From Saprospirales bacterium (GTDB taxonomy: Bacteria > Bacteroidota > Bacteroidia > Chitinophagales > JADIYW01): 64,000 bases of DNA. The stretch's first letter is position 1, and the number at the start of each line of letters is the position of its first letter. The stretch is taken from contig JADJSS010000009.1 of assembly GCA_016711605.1 (NCBI GenBank), forward strand, positions 22,386 to 86,385. The letters run 5' to 3'. Positions 18,202 to 29,500 of this stretch are shown here, in pieces. The translations under genes and the position numbers were made by a program. Below the pieces are notes generated by a model. It was not told where the DNA came from and searched no databases. It saw nothing but the letters and a program-made list of their open reading frames with translations.

Positions 18202-19458
18202 TTAGTAATTATACTTTTCTTTCCATCTGTCTTTCAAGAATTTCCGCAATTCGTTTTCTCTTGCATTATTATTCGGTTCATAGAATTTTGTTCCAGAAAT
18301 TTCTGTCGGCAAGTATTCTAAATCCACAAAATTATTTTCATACTGATGTGCGTATTGATAATCTTTTCCATAATTCAAATTCTTCATCAACTTTGTTGGC
18401 GCATTGCGCAAATGTAATGGAACTGATAAATCACTTGTTTTATCTGCTAAAGAAATGGCTTGTTCAATTCCAATATAACTAGCATTGCTTTTTGGTGAAG
18501 ACGCCAAATAAGTAACGCATTGTGCCAAAATAATTCTGCATTCTGGATAACCAATGGTTGTTACTGCTTGAAAACAAGCATTTGCCAACAACAACGCATT
18601 TGGATTTGCGTTGCCAATATCTTCTGAAGATAAGATCAATAAACGTCGAGCAATAAACTTTGGATCTTCGCCACCATTAATCATTCGCGCCATCCAATAC
18701 AAGGCAGCATTCGGGTCGCTGCCACGAATTGATTTTATAAACGCTGAAATAATATCGTAATGTTGCTCACCACTTTTATCATAACGCGCAATATAAGTTT
18801 GTATAATTTCTTCAACAAAAACATTCGTAATTGTTTTGTCTTCTTTTAAATTTTCAGTAACTAATTCTAAAACATTCAACAATTTTCTTGCATCACCACC
18901 AGAAAAATAAAACAATGCATCGTATTCTTTTACTATAATTTTTTCTTGTTTTAAAATTTCATCTTCTTCTAAAACATAATCCACAATTTTTTTTAAATCT
19001 TCAGCTTCTAATGATTTCAACACATACACTTGTGAACGTGACAGTAAAGCAGCATTCACTTCAAACGAAGGATTTTCTGTTGTAGCACCAATTAAAATCA
19101 ACGTTCCATTTTCAACGGCACCAAGTAGTGCATCTTGCTGCGATTTATTAAAGCGATGAATTTCATCAATAAATAAAACAGTTTGTCCAACTTCTTTTGC
19201 TTGCTCAATCACACTTCTTATCTCTTTTACACCAGCAGAAATTGCACTTAACTGTTCAATTGGCAAATTTGCATGATTAGCTAACACACGTGCTAATGTA
19301 GTTTTACCAACACCAGGTGGACCCCAAAAAATCATAGAATGCAGCTTGCCTTTTTCTATAATTTGTCGCAATGCTTTGCCATTTCCTAATAAATGATCTT
19401 GACCAATAATTTGATCAATCGTTTTCGGTCGCATTCGTTCGGCAAGTGGCTTTTGCAT
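18202..19458 (-). CDS. rarA: Replication-associated recombination protein A (AAA+ ATPase)
   Basis: 418 aa. It has Walker A GPPGVGKTT, Walker B LFIDEIHR, and the MgsA C-terminal region (YDxISAFIKSIRGSDPNAALYW). Confidence 0.9.
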   Translation of the reverse strand: MQKPLAERMRPKTIDQIIGQDHLLGNGKALRQIIEKGKLHSMIFWGPPGVGKTTLARVLANHANLPIEQLSAISAGVKEIRSVIEQAKEVGQTVLFIDEIHRFNKSQQDALLGAVENGTLILIGATTENPSFEVNAALLSRSQVYVLKSLEAEDLKKIVDYVLEEDEILKQEKIIVKEYDALFYFSGGDARKLLNVLELVTENLKEDKTITNVFVEEIIQTYIARYDKSGEQHYDIISAFIKSIRGSDPNAALYWMARMINGGEDPKFIARRLLILSSEDIGNANPNALLLANACFQAVTTIGYPECRIILAQCVTYLASSPKSNASYIGIEQAISLADKTSDLSVPLHLRNAPTKLMKNLNYGKDYQYAHQYENNFVDLEYLPTEISGTKFYEPNNNARENELRKFLKDRWKEKYNY

Positions 19459-19538
19459 GCAATAAAGATAAGCATCTAAGTTATTTATACCAACTAATCA
19501 ATTCGATAAAAAAGACTATATTTACTTTCAAAAAAATA

Positions 19539-20333
19539 ATGAAACATCTATTTATTATTCTGTTTTCTATTGTTTTATTTAGTTGTAAAAAAAAAGAAAA
19601 TGTAGCAAACTGCTATTTGCAGTTCGTGTCTACAGATACTACTATTAATATAAATAGTGGCACATCTATTAATAACTTAAGTACATTTATAAGATTTAAT
19701 AATGGTAATGCAGAAGATATTACGCTAACTTCGTCGAGTTTGCCAACTGGTGTTTCGTTTAATCCAACATTGCCAAAAACGTATAGTGCTTCGTTGTTTA
19801 CCTTGAACACAGCTACATCGATTACATTGCCTGTTTTAACAGTAGCAAATACAACACCAACTGGAACCTATCCTATTACCATTACTGCAACTGCAACTTC
19901 TGGACATACTTCTACTTTTACCATTAATTTAGTAGTTAGAAATTGTGTAACGCAAACAGAAAATTCATCACAAGGAACATACAAAGGAAGTTGGAATATA
20001 TTATCTATACCTGCATTGGCAGATACTATAACGATTTTGAACATTTTAAATATTCCAGATCAAAAAGTACTACTTAGTACAAAAGCTTTAAGTCCATTGG
20101 TTTTTGTTGCTACAATAAATGGCAATAATTTTACCATTGCAGATATTTCATTGCCATCATTACCGATTGGTCCAGTAACACTAACAAACGTTACTATAAA
20201 TGGAAGTGGTAGTTTTGATTGTACTGGAAAAATTATTTCACTTACGATGCGATTTGTAAGTGGAAATATTGTAGTTGGTTCAATACCATTAAATATTGCA
20301 GGACAATCATTTAGTGGTAATTTTACTAGATAG
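19539..20333 (+). CDS. Hypothetical lipoprotein
   Basis: The start is moved to MKHLFIILFSIVLFSCKKK (lipobox) at 19539, because the track start at 19446 overlaps the rarA start on the other strand. The protein is Thr/Ser/Asn-rich and I recognise no domain. Confidence 0.5.
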   Translation: MKHLFIILFSIVLFSCKKKENVANCYLQFVSTDTTININSGTSINNLSTFIRFNNGNAEDITLTSSSLPTGVSFNPTLPKTYSASLFTLNTATSITLPVLTVANTTPTGTYPITITATATSGHTSTFTINLVVRNCVTQTENSSQGTYKGSWNILSIPALADTITILNILNIPDQKVLLSTKALSPLVFVATINGNNFTIADISLPSLPIGPVTLTNVTINGSGSFDCTGKIISLTMRFVSGNIVVGSIPLNIAGQSFSGNFTR

Positions 20334-20376
20334 ATTCTTAATTATTTAGAAATTCTGCTTTTCGTATATTTGTATC

Positions 20377-21456
20377 ATGTACAAAATCCTGCGATTTTTT
20401 TTGTTCAAATTAGATGCTGAGAAAGCACATCATTTTACATTGCGTTTAATGAATTTTATTATTAAAATTCCGTTTGCAAAATATTTTCTTACTAAAATTT
20501 ATTCAATAGAAAATAAAAAACTTGAACGAAATTTATTTGGTTTAACCTTTAAAAATCCTGTTGGCTTAGCAGCTGGTTTAGATAAAAATGCGGAATGTAT
20601 TGATGCGTTTGCTGCTGTTGGTTTTGGCTTTATTGAAATTGGAACTGTAACACCTTTACCACAAGATGGAAATGAACAGCCACGTTTATTTCGCTTAATT
20701 GAAGACAAAGCTATTATAAATCGAATGGGTTTTAATAATGGTGGAATGGCTGCTGTGAAAAGTAATATAGTAAGCAGTAAACAGTATGCAGTAAAAAATA
20801 AACTCACGACTCACAACTCAAGAATCACGACTATCATTGGTGGCAACATTGGTAAAAACAAAAATACACCAAACGAAAACGCAGTTGATGATTACATAAA
20901 ATGTTTTAATGAATTGTATGATGTTGTAGATTATTTTGTAGTAAATGTAAGTTCACCAAACACACCGAATTTACGTGCTTTGCAAGAGAAAGAACCGTTG
21001 AAAAAAATCTTGTTTCAATTGCAGGAAATTAATCAACAAAAAACAAAACCGAAACCAATTTTATTAAAAATTGCGCCTGATTTAACTAACGAACAATTAG
21101 ATGATATTATCGAAATTGTTTTTGATACCAACTTAGCTGGAATTGTAGCAACAAATACTACTATTTCAAGAGAAAATTTATCGACAGAAAAAGAAAAAAT
21201 TGATGCAATTGGAAATGGTGGTTTGAGCGGAAAACCATTGACAAAAAAATCAACAGAAATAATAAAATATATTGCAGAAAAATCAGAACACAAAATTCCT
21301 ATTATTGCAGTTGGTGGAATTATGACTGCAGATGATGCGATAGAAAAGCTCAACGCTGGCGCAAGTTTAGTACAGTTATATACTGGTTTTATTTACGAAG
21401 GTCCGAGTTTGATAAAGGAAATTAATATACGCATTCTCAACTTTTCTAAAGTTTAA
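20377..21456 (+). CDS. pyrD: Dihydroorotate dehydrogenase (quinone), class 2
   Basis: 359 aa colinear with E. coli PyrD ([58 protein letters not shown]). A TATATTTG -7-like box lies at about 20359. Confidence 0.9.
   Translation: MYKILRFFLFKLDAEKAHHFTLRLMNFIIKIPFAKYFLTKIYSIENKKLERNLFGLTFKNPVGLAAGLDKNAECIDAFAAVGFGFIEIGTVTPLPQDGNEQPRLFRLIEDKAIINRMGFNNGGMAAVKSNIVSSKQYAVKNKLTTHNSRITTIIGGNIGKNKNTPNENAVDDYIKCFNELYDVVDYFVVNVSSPNTPNLRALQEKEPLKKILFQLQEINQQKTKPKPILLKIAPDLTNEQLDDIIEIVFDTNLAGIVATNTTISRENLSTEKEKIDAIGNGGLSGKPLTKKSTEIIKYIAEKSEHKIPIIAVGGIMTADDAIEKLNAGASLVQLYTGFIYEGPSLIKEINIRILNFSKV
20802..20832 (+). repeat. Phased heptad tract ACTCACG ACTCACA ACTCAAG AATCACG ACT inside the pyrD coding sequence
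   Basis: It is the same word family as 14302-14332. It encodes [10 protein letters not shown] within a loop about 14 aa longer than in E. coli PyrD. Confidence 0.75.
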
Positions 21457-21471
21457 AACTTTAGAAAAGTT
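21439..21471. terminator. Bidirectional hairpin between convergent pyrD and the LytTR regulator
   Basis: A perfect 15-bp inverted repeat, AACTTTTCTAAAGTT TAA AACTTTAGAAAAGTT, spans the pyrD stop codon. Confidence 0.6.
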
Positions 21472-21472
21472 A

Positions 21473-22234
21473 TTACAAAGTATCAGAAATCTTCGCCAGC
21501 AAATCATCTTTTTTTCTACGCGAAACTTCTATTTCTGCACCATTCATCATAATTACTTGTCCACCATCACCGCGCACATATCTGCGAATATGTTTCAGGT
21601 TGATGATGTGTGATTGATGCACACGCACAAAATCAAAATCTTCGAGCAACTCTTCAAAATATTTTAATGGTTTTGAAGACATAATCATATCGCTGGTAGT
21701 TAAGTAAATTTTGGTATAAGAAGAATCTGCATCTACATGAATAATTTCATCTAATGAAGCAAAATAAATTCCTTCTAACGTAGAAATTGCGAGTTGTTTT
21801 TTTCCTACATCTTTATTGCTAATTTTTTGTTCCAACAACTCAAATTGTTTCGTTTTTATTTCGTCTGAAATTTTAACAGACAGCTTATGTACAGCTCGAA
21901 TTAATTCTTCTGGATCTACTGGTTTTAGTAAATAATCTAACGCACTAAAACGAATGGCTTTTACTGCGTATTGGCTGTAAGCAGTAGTAAATATTACTTC
22001 AAACGGACATTGATAATTATAATTAGCTAATAAATCAAATCCATTTTTTCCAGGCATTTCAACATCTAAAAAAACTACATCTGTTGCATTATTTTCAATA
22101 AACGAAATGGTATCATCAACACTTTCGCATTCAGCAATTACTGTTATCTGTGGACAAAATTTTTCAATCAATTTGCGTAAAACTAAACGATTGTTTTTTT
22201 CGTCATCAACAATAATTGCTTTTATCGAATTCAT
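21473..22234 (-). CDS. LytTR-family response regulator
   Basis: 253 aa. The receiver domain has IIVDDE and DVVFLDVEMPG; the C-terminal LytTR domain has VRVHQSHIINLKHI. Confidence 0.85.
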   Translation of the reverse strand: MNSIKAIIVDDEKNNRLVLRKLIEKFCPQITVIAECESVDDTISFIENNATDVVFLDVEMPGKNGFDLLANYNYQCPFEVIFTTAYSQYAVKAIRFSALDYLLKPVDPEELIRAVHKLSVKISDEIKTKQFELLEQKISNKDVGKKQLAISTLEGIYFASLDEIIHVDADSSYTKIYLTTSDMIMSSKPLKYFEELLEDFDFVRVHQSHIINLKHIRRYVRGDGGQVIMMNGAEIEVSRRKKDDLLAKISDTL

Positions 22235-22277
22235 GATTTTGATTTATTTAAAAATAAATTTTACTACAAGATACAAA

Positions 22278-25200
22278 CTAATTTAATTCCATTCTTATGA
22301 TTACTTTTGTTCCTTTTGACAAATTTGCATCATCATACAAATCAATAATTTCTACACTATAATCGGTGTCTTTAATCTTATGCAAAGTATCAAACATTTC
22401 TTGTGTAATTATAGTACCTAATGATTTGTGCTGTTTTTTTAAATTTAATTCACCAGCTTTTACGCGACCAATTCCATTATCTTCAATTTCACAAATTAGA
22501 TAATTAAAACTTCTGAAGAATTTTATATGAATATTTTTCTCGCCATTTTTTTTGAGCAAACCGTGCCAGATTGCATTTTCAACATATGGCTGAATTAACA
22601 TAGATGGCATTTCTATTGAATACACATCAATGTCATCTGTTCGAAAATCATAATTAAATTGTTGATCAAATCGCAAAGATTCTAACTCTAGATATAGTTT
22701 TAAATTTTCAATTACATCGTGCAATGGAATAAATGTTTTCACTGAATTTTCTAAAACAGAACGCACCAAACGCGATAATTTTGTTAAGTATGTTGATGCT
22801 TGCATATTCTGATCAGACAGAATCATAGCTTGAATAGAATTCATGCAATTAAAAATAAAATGAGGATTCATTTGTGCTACCAATGCTTTCAATTTTATTT
22901 CAGCTAATTGTTTTTCATAAATTGATTTTTGATTTTCGAGTCGCATTTTTTCTCGATGTTTGCTGCGTTCTTTTCGAATTCTGTTGGTAATAAAACGGTA
23001 TAAATAAAAAATTATCAATAGCGCTGCAAAGATTCTAAACAGCCAAGTTTGCCAAAATAATGGTTTTATTCGAAAAGGAAATACAGCAGCTTCAGAAGAA
23101 AAGACACCATCATTATTACTGGCGCGAACATAAAAAATATAATTGCCATGTGGCAATTTTGGATACGATGCGAAATTTCTATTTGTCCGAATCCAATTCT
23201 TATCATAACCATCTAGTTTATACTCAAATAAATTTTTCGGTGTGTTTGCAAAATCACTCGAAGCAAATTCAAATTCTATATTATTTTGATTGTTTGATAA
23301 CTTTACTTTATTGTTGTAAGCAGTGTAATTATGGTAGTCAAATTTTGTTTCATCAATTGATATTGACGTAATGTTTACAGTTGGTTTGTAATTATTGTAA
23401 GGAATATTAGTTGGGTCGATAATATTAAAACCATTAATTCCACCAAATAATAATTCATTGTTTTTGGTTTTTAAAAATGCACCATTATTAAACTCATTAC
23501 TTTGCAAACCATCATTAACATCATAACTTCTGATTTTATTTGTCGGTGGTTCGAAAGTAGTGATACCACGATTGGTACTCATCCAAAACTTGCCAGCTTC
23601 ATCTTGTAAAATTCCATAAATAAAATTATTACTGAGGCCATTTTTTTCAGAAATATTACGTTCTATTTTTTTTGTTCTTTTATTAAACAAATAGATTCCA
23701 TTGTTTCCGGTAGTAATCCAAAATCGATCAGTATCGTATTTTAAAAGTGAGTATAACTGATCTGTTTTAAAATAAGTTGAATTAATCATCTTTATTTTAT
23801 TTGCATCCAGGAAACCGTTTCTCATATCAACATGATATAAGCCAGTTGCAGATGCAATCCACCATGTATTGTCCTCATCTTCCAAAATATATCGTGTAGT
23901 TGTTGCAACATTAGTAAATTGAAATGAATCTAGCTCGAACTGATTTTTCTGGTTATTAAATGTATAGATAGATTTTTCATCGATTGCATATACTTTTCCA
24001 TTTTTTGATTCAAACAATCGAATATGAAAATAGCGTGGAATTTTTAAATTTTCTTTTGTGTTGTTTGCTGTAAAATAATATCTATAAAAAGCATTTTTTT
24101 CTGGAATAAATTTGCAAATTCCATTTAATGTGCCTACCCATAAATTATTATTGCTATCATTTAATAGATCTTGTATAATATCATTTGAAAGAGAATTGGA
24201 TGAGTTATTATTTCTCCAATTTGAAAAAATATTTTCTTTAGTATTATATTGAAACAAGCCACCACCATCTGTTCCAATCCAAATTATTTCATTATCATTG
24301 CTTTCAAAACATAAAATATATTTATTGGTAAGCCAAGTAGTTTTAAAGGGTTCTTGTGTGATGTGTTTAAATTTGTATTTAAATGGAGAAAACATCGCCA
24401 ATCCAGAACCTTTAGTACCTATCCAGAAGGTTCCGCTTTTATCAAAAAACAAACTAGTTGTTTTATTATCTGGCAAACCATTTAAATCATAAGCATCATA
24501 TTTGTATTCAGAAAACTGATTTTTACTGCTAACATAAATCAGTAATCCATTTTGGTACGATGCAATAAAAACATTACCATCGTTATCAATTTTAATATCG
24601 GCTGTTTTATCTTTTAAAGCGATAAACTGCTTCCTTTCTTCAGGAAATGAATCAATACTTACAAAATTTTTATCTGTTTTATAAATGCCAGATTCTGTTC
24701 CAATCCAATAATTACTTTGATTGTCTTTAACCATTGAATTAATTTTCTTTGGAATTAAATTTTGCCAGATATAAGATGCACTTTTTAACTTAAAGACTTT
24801 AGTTGAAATATTGTATACATATAATCTATTATCTCTTCCAGAAACCAAAAAATGTGAGTTTGAAATTTTAAACAAAACTTCTCTGTAATCTGGAAGTGCT
24901 TCTACTTTTAAATTATATTCTTCTTTATTTGAATTTAATTTTTCTACTAATCTTACTTTATACAAACTGTTCTCTGTTTGCAACCAAGTTGTCAACGAGT
25001 CTTCAACGAATATTTTAATTATTTTTAATGGATAAACAGCATTCACAAATTTCTTGCTGTCATAAAAATAAATACTCAATCCTTTTTCAGTTCCAAACCA
25101 AAATAATCCTGGTTTAGATTCTGCAATACAAGTGGTATAATTAGAGACTAAGCTATTCTTGTTTCCAATTTCTCTTTTTATTGAATTGAAAGAATATCCA

Positions 25201-25428
25201 TCATATCTGTTCAGTCCTTCTTGTGTGCAAAACCACATAAAACCTTTACTATCCTGAAATATTGAATATATACTGTTTTTGTGAGAGACCATTTTTAATA
25301 TCAATGTTGTCTAGCTTTAATTGAGATACGTCATTACTAAACAACATATTATTGTTAAGCAACAACAAATAAATCAAAATGCCTTTTAAAAAGGATAAAG
25401 AAAATATTTTGATTTTTGGGTTTTGCAT
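22278..25428 (-). pseudogene. Sensor histidine kinase (beta-propeller repeats, Y_Y_Y, TM, LytS-type His_kinase, HATPase) with its N-terminal signal-anchor exon out of frame
   Basis: The 1008-aa body is intact (propeller repeats with GLxxYD, AQMNPHFIFNCMNSI, IEDNGIG). An ATG at 25428 opens MQNPKIKIFSLSFLKGILIYLLLL...LDNIDIKNGLS in another frame. The frames meet at CACAAAAAC (T5 at 25276-25280). With one A fewer, the sequence reads GLSQNSIYSIFQD, which matches the family N-terminus. Confidence 0.7.
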
Positions 25429-25850
25429 TACTACAAAATATAAATAACTTAGGTATTAATACACTTTTTCGTAAAAAAAAATGGAATGCAAAAAAGCATC
25501 CCAAATAACATAGAAACATAAAAACCCACTTTCTTGTCTCAATTTTAATAAATAAATGAGAGCTAACTGATTAATTTCAAGACAAGTAATAAAATAAACA
25601 ACTATTAATCACAACACAAAAATATCTCTACTCTTTAACAATATATCAGTAACTAGAATTCGGTACTAAAATGACTTTAAATGGTAGAAACTATTTAGTA
25701 TTTGGTATTTAAAATCAAACACAACAAGTTCATAACCAACTGTAAATCAACAATATAATTTTAAAAACACAAATATCAAAATCTTATCAAAAATTTACAA
25801 TCTTATTAAAATTACTTTTTTACACATTATCTTATCATTACCACGCCAAA

Positions 25851-25949
25851 CAAACGTTTGATACAATGCATGCATTGATTATTTTTATGTTTAGATAATC
25901 TGAAATCATTTTCAAATTATAAAATTTATTCATTCTCAATTTGAAATTG
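25851..25949. promoter_or_regulatory. Three palindromes upstream of or overlapping the TetR gene start; candidate operators
   Basis: CAAACGTTTG (25851-25860), CAATGCATGCATTG (25864-25877, a perfect 14-mer) and CAATTTGAAATTG (25937-25949, overlapping the GTG start). Confidence 0.4.
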
Positions 25950-26533
25950 TGCCGAAGCAAAAAGTAAGTGTAGAAGAAATTTTAAAACATTCGTTGAAGT
26001 TATTTCGACAAAAAAGCTATCACAACACTTCAATTGCTGATATTGCTTCTGCTTGCGGTTTGCTAAAAGGAAGTTTATACCATTATTTTCCTTCAAAAGA
26101 AGCGTTGATGAGTGCTGTAATAAAATATGCACACGATTTTTTTCAGAAAGAAGTTTTTTCTATTGCTTACGACAAAACATTGTCACCACAGCAACGTATG
26201 GAAAAAATGTTTAAAAAATCAGAAAAAGCATTAATTTCTGATGGAAATATTATGGGAAATATTGGCGTAGAAACGGCGCGTGCCATTCCTGAATTTGCAG
26301 AACATATTCGCGATTTTTATAAAGAATGGTTAACTGCAGTTGAAACAGTTTTTATGGAAATCACCAACGCTGATGATGCGAAAAAATTAGCAGAACAAAC
26401 AGTTGCCGAATTTGAAGGTGCTGTTATGATGACACGAATTTTTAAAGACACCAAATATATCAAAAATGCATACGAACGATTGATGAATCGTTTTGCCGCA
26501 TTTACTTTAGCAGATTTAAAACAAAATCACTAA
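25949..26533 (+). CDS. TetR/AcrR-family transcriptional regulator
   Basis: 194 aa with an N-terminal HTH (FRQKSYHNTSIADIASACGLLKGSLYHYFPSKEAL). GTG start. It heads the beta-oxidation operon. Confidence 0.85.
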   Translation: MPKQKVSVEEILKHSLKLFRQKSYHNTSIADIASACGLLKGSLYHYFPSKEALMSAVIKYAHDFFQKEVFSIAYDKTLSPQQRMEKMFKKSEKALISDGNIMGNIGVETARAIPEFAEHIRDFYKEWLTAVETVFMEITNADDAKKLAEQTVAEFEGAVMMTRIFKDTKYIKNAYERLMNRFAAFTLADLKQNH

Positions 26534-26565
26534 TTTTTCATTATAAATTGTTCACTAAATAGTAT

Positions 26566-29500
26566 ATGGAAACTACAACAACACAACCAACAAGAGCTAT
26601 CAGAAAGGTAGCCGTTCTCGGTTCAGGTGTGATGGGTTCTGGTATCGCATTGCACTTTGCCAACATTGGCGTCGAAGTGCTTTTGCTCGATATCGTACCT
26701 TTTGATCTGAAAGAAGAAGAAAAAGCAAATCCGAAAATGCGCAACAAAATTGTAAATGATGCATTTGCATTTGCTTTAAAATCAAAACCTGCTCAAGCGT
26801 ACAATCCTGAATCGGCAAAAAAAGTTACGCTCGGAAATTTTGACGATGACATGCCGAAAATAAAAGATTGTGATTGGATTATTGAAGTTGTAATTGAAAG
26901 ATTAGACATTAAAAAACAAGTGTTTGAAAAGGTAGATAATCTTCGCAAGAAAGGTTCATTGGTTACCTCAAATACATCTGGTATTCCAATTCATTTAATG
27001 GCAGAAGGCAGAAGCGAAGATTTTCAACAAAATTTTTGTGGTACACACTTTTTCAATCCACCTCGCTACATGCGTTTATTGGAGATTATTCCTACCGCAA
27101 CAACTAGTCAAAGCGTAATTGATTTCTTAATGCATTACGGTGATGTTTTCTTAGGAAAAGAAACCGTGTTATGTAAAGACACACCAGCGTTTATTGCAAA
27201 TCGTGTTGGTGTTTATGCAATGGCAAAAATTTTCCAACTAACACAAGAATTAGGTTTAACTATTGAAGAAGTAGATAAATTAACTGGCTCTGCAATTGGT
27301 CGTCCTAACACAGGAACGTTCAAACTTTCTGATTTAGTTGGAAATGATACAGGAACAAAGGTAATGTTAGGTATCAAAGAAAATTGTCCGAATGACGAAC
27401 AAGCATCTGCATTCGATGTTCCAAAATATGTTCAGTTTTTGTTAGATAATAAATTTTTTGGCAATAAAACTAAAAAAGGATATTACTATAAAGATGAAAA
27501 ACGAAATTCGTTTTCACTTCGTTTAGATACATTAGTATATGAACCAACAGGAAAACCAAAATTTCCATCTTTAGACGCTTCAAATAAATCTGAAAATTTA
27601 GCAGGAAAAGTAAATGCATTTATTAATGCAGACGACAAAGGTGCACAATTAGTAAAACGTTCGTTGAGCGGTTTATTTGCTTATGTTTCTAATCGTGTTC
27701 CAGAAATTTCTGATGTGTTATATGCTGTCGATGATGCCTTACGCGCTGGTTTTGCTTGGGACATTGGTCCTTTCCAATATTGGGACATTGTTGGCATTGA
27801 AAAAGGTATCGAATTAGCAAAAGCAGATGGTTTATCCATTGGCACTTGGGTAACGGAAATGTTAGCAGCAGGCAATACTACTTTCTATAAAGTAGAAAAT
27901 GGTGTAAAAAAATATTACGATCAACAATCAAAATCATACAAAGCAATTCCAGGTGCTGAATCATTTATCATTTTAGATAATTTACGTAGCAATAAACCAG
28001 TTTGGAAAAACAGTGGTGGTACGTTACATGATATTGGCGATGGTGTTTTGAATTTAGAATTCACTTCAAAAATGAATTCATTAGGTGGTGATGTGTTAGC
28101 AGCTATTAATAAATCTATCGAAATTGCAGAAGGTGGTTACAAAGGCTTAGTAATCGGAAACGATGCTACCAATTTTTCTGTTGGCGCCAACTTAATGATG
28201 ATTTCCATGTTGGCAATGGATCAGGAATATGACGAATTAGATATGGCTGTTCGTCAGTTTCAGCAAACTACGATGCGCTGCAGATACTCAGCAATTCCAG
28301 TAGTTTCCGCACCACACGGCATGACACTTGGTGGTGGTTGCGAAGTAACCATGCACTCTAATGCAGTGGTAGCAGCAGCAGAAACTTATATTGGTTTAGT
28401 AGAAGTTGGTGTTGGTTTAATTCCAGCTGGTGGTGGCACTAAAGAATTGACTTTAAGAACTTCTGATAGTTTCAAAAATGGTGATCCGATGTTACAAACG
28501 TTGCAAGATAATTTCTTATCAATTGCAATGGCAAAAGTGGCAACTTCAGCAGCAGAAGCAATCGATTTAAACTTAATGCGCAAAGGTGTTGACAGAGTAG
28601 TTGTAAATGGCAAACGTGTAATTGCAGAAGCAAAACGCGAAGTGTTAGAATTATCTGCAAAAGGTTACACGCAAACTGCTCATAGAAATGACATCACTGT
28701 TTTAGGTAGAACTGGTTTAGGTACACTAACAGTTGGTGTAGAATCATTCGTAGCAGGTGGTTATATTTCAGCTCACGATGCAGTAATTGCTAAAAAAGTA
28801 GCATACGTAATGTGCGGTGGCGATTTATCAGCACCAACACAAGTAAACGAACAATATTTATTGGATTTAGAAAGAGAAGCATTCTTATCGCTTTGCGGTG
28901 AAAAGAAAACACTTGAAAGAATCCAGGCAATGTTGACAACTGGTAAACCATTGAGAAACAATTCAAAATCTAAAATTCAAAATACAATGCAAGAAGCATA
29001 TATAGTAGCAGGTTATCGCAGTGCGATAGGCAAAGCAAAAAAAGGCGGTTTCCGCTTTTATCGTCCAGATGATTTAGGTGCTGATGTGGTAAAACATTTA
29101 GTAGCATCAGTTCCACAATTAGATCCATCACGCATTGATGATTTAATTTGTGGAAACGCCATTCCAGAAGCAGAACAAGGTATGCAAATCGGTCGTATGA
29201 TCGTGTTACGTGCAGGTTTACCATTGTCAATTGGTGGTGTAACTGTTAATCGTTATTGCGCATCAGGTTTAGAAACCATTGCCATGGCAACAGCAAAAAT
29301 TAAAGCAGGAATGGCAGACTGTATCATCGCTGGTGGTGTAGAATCTATGTCTTTATTACCAATGACTGGCTGGAGAACGGTATTAAATTATGGCATCGCA
29401 TCAACCACACCAGATTACTATTCTTCAATGGGTTTAACAGCAGAAGCTGTTGCAACGCAATACGGAATTTCTCGTTTAGACCAAGATACGTTTGCATACA

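Noticed and set aside
19446-19538. N-terminal extension of the 19446..20333 ORF, which overlaps the rarA start on the other strand.
   Set aside because: An internal Met at 19539 gives a canonical lipoprotein signal peptide, and the extension is not signal-like.
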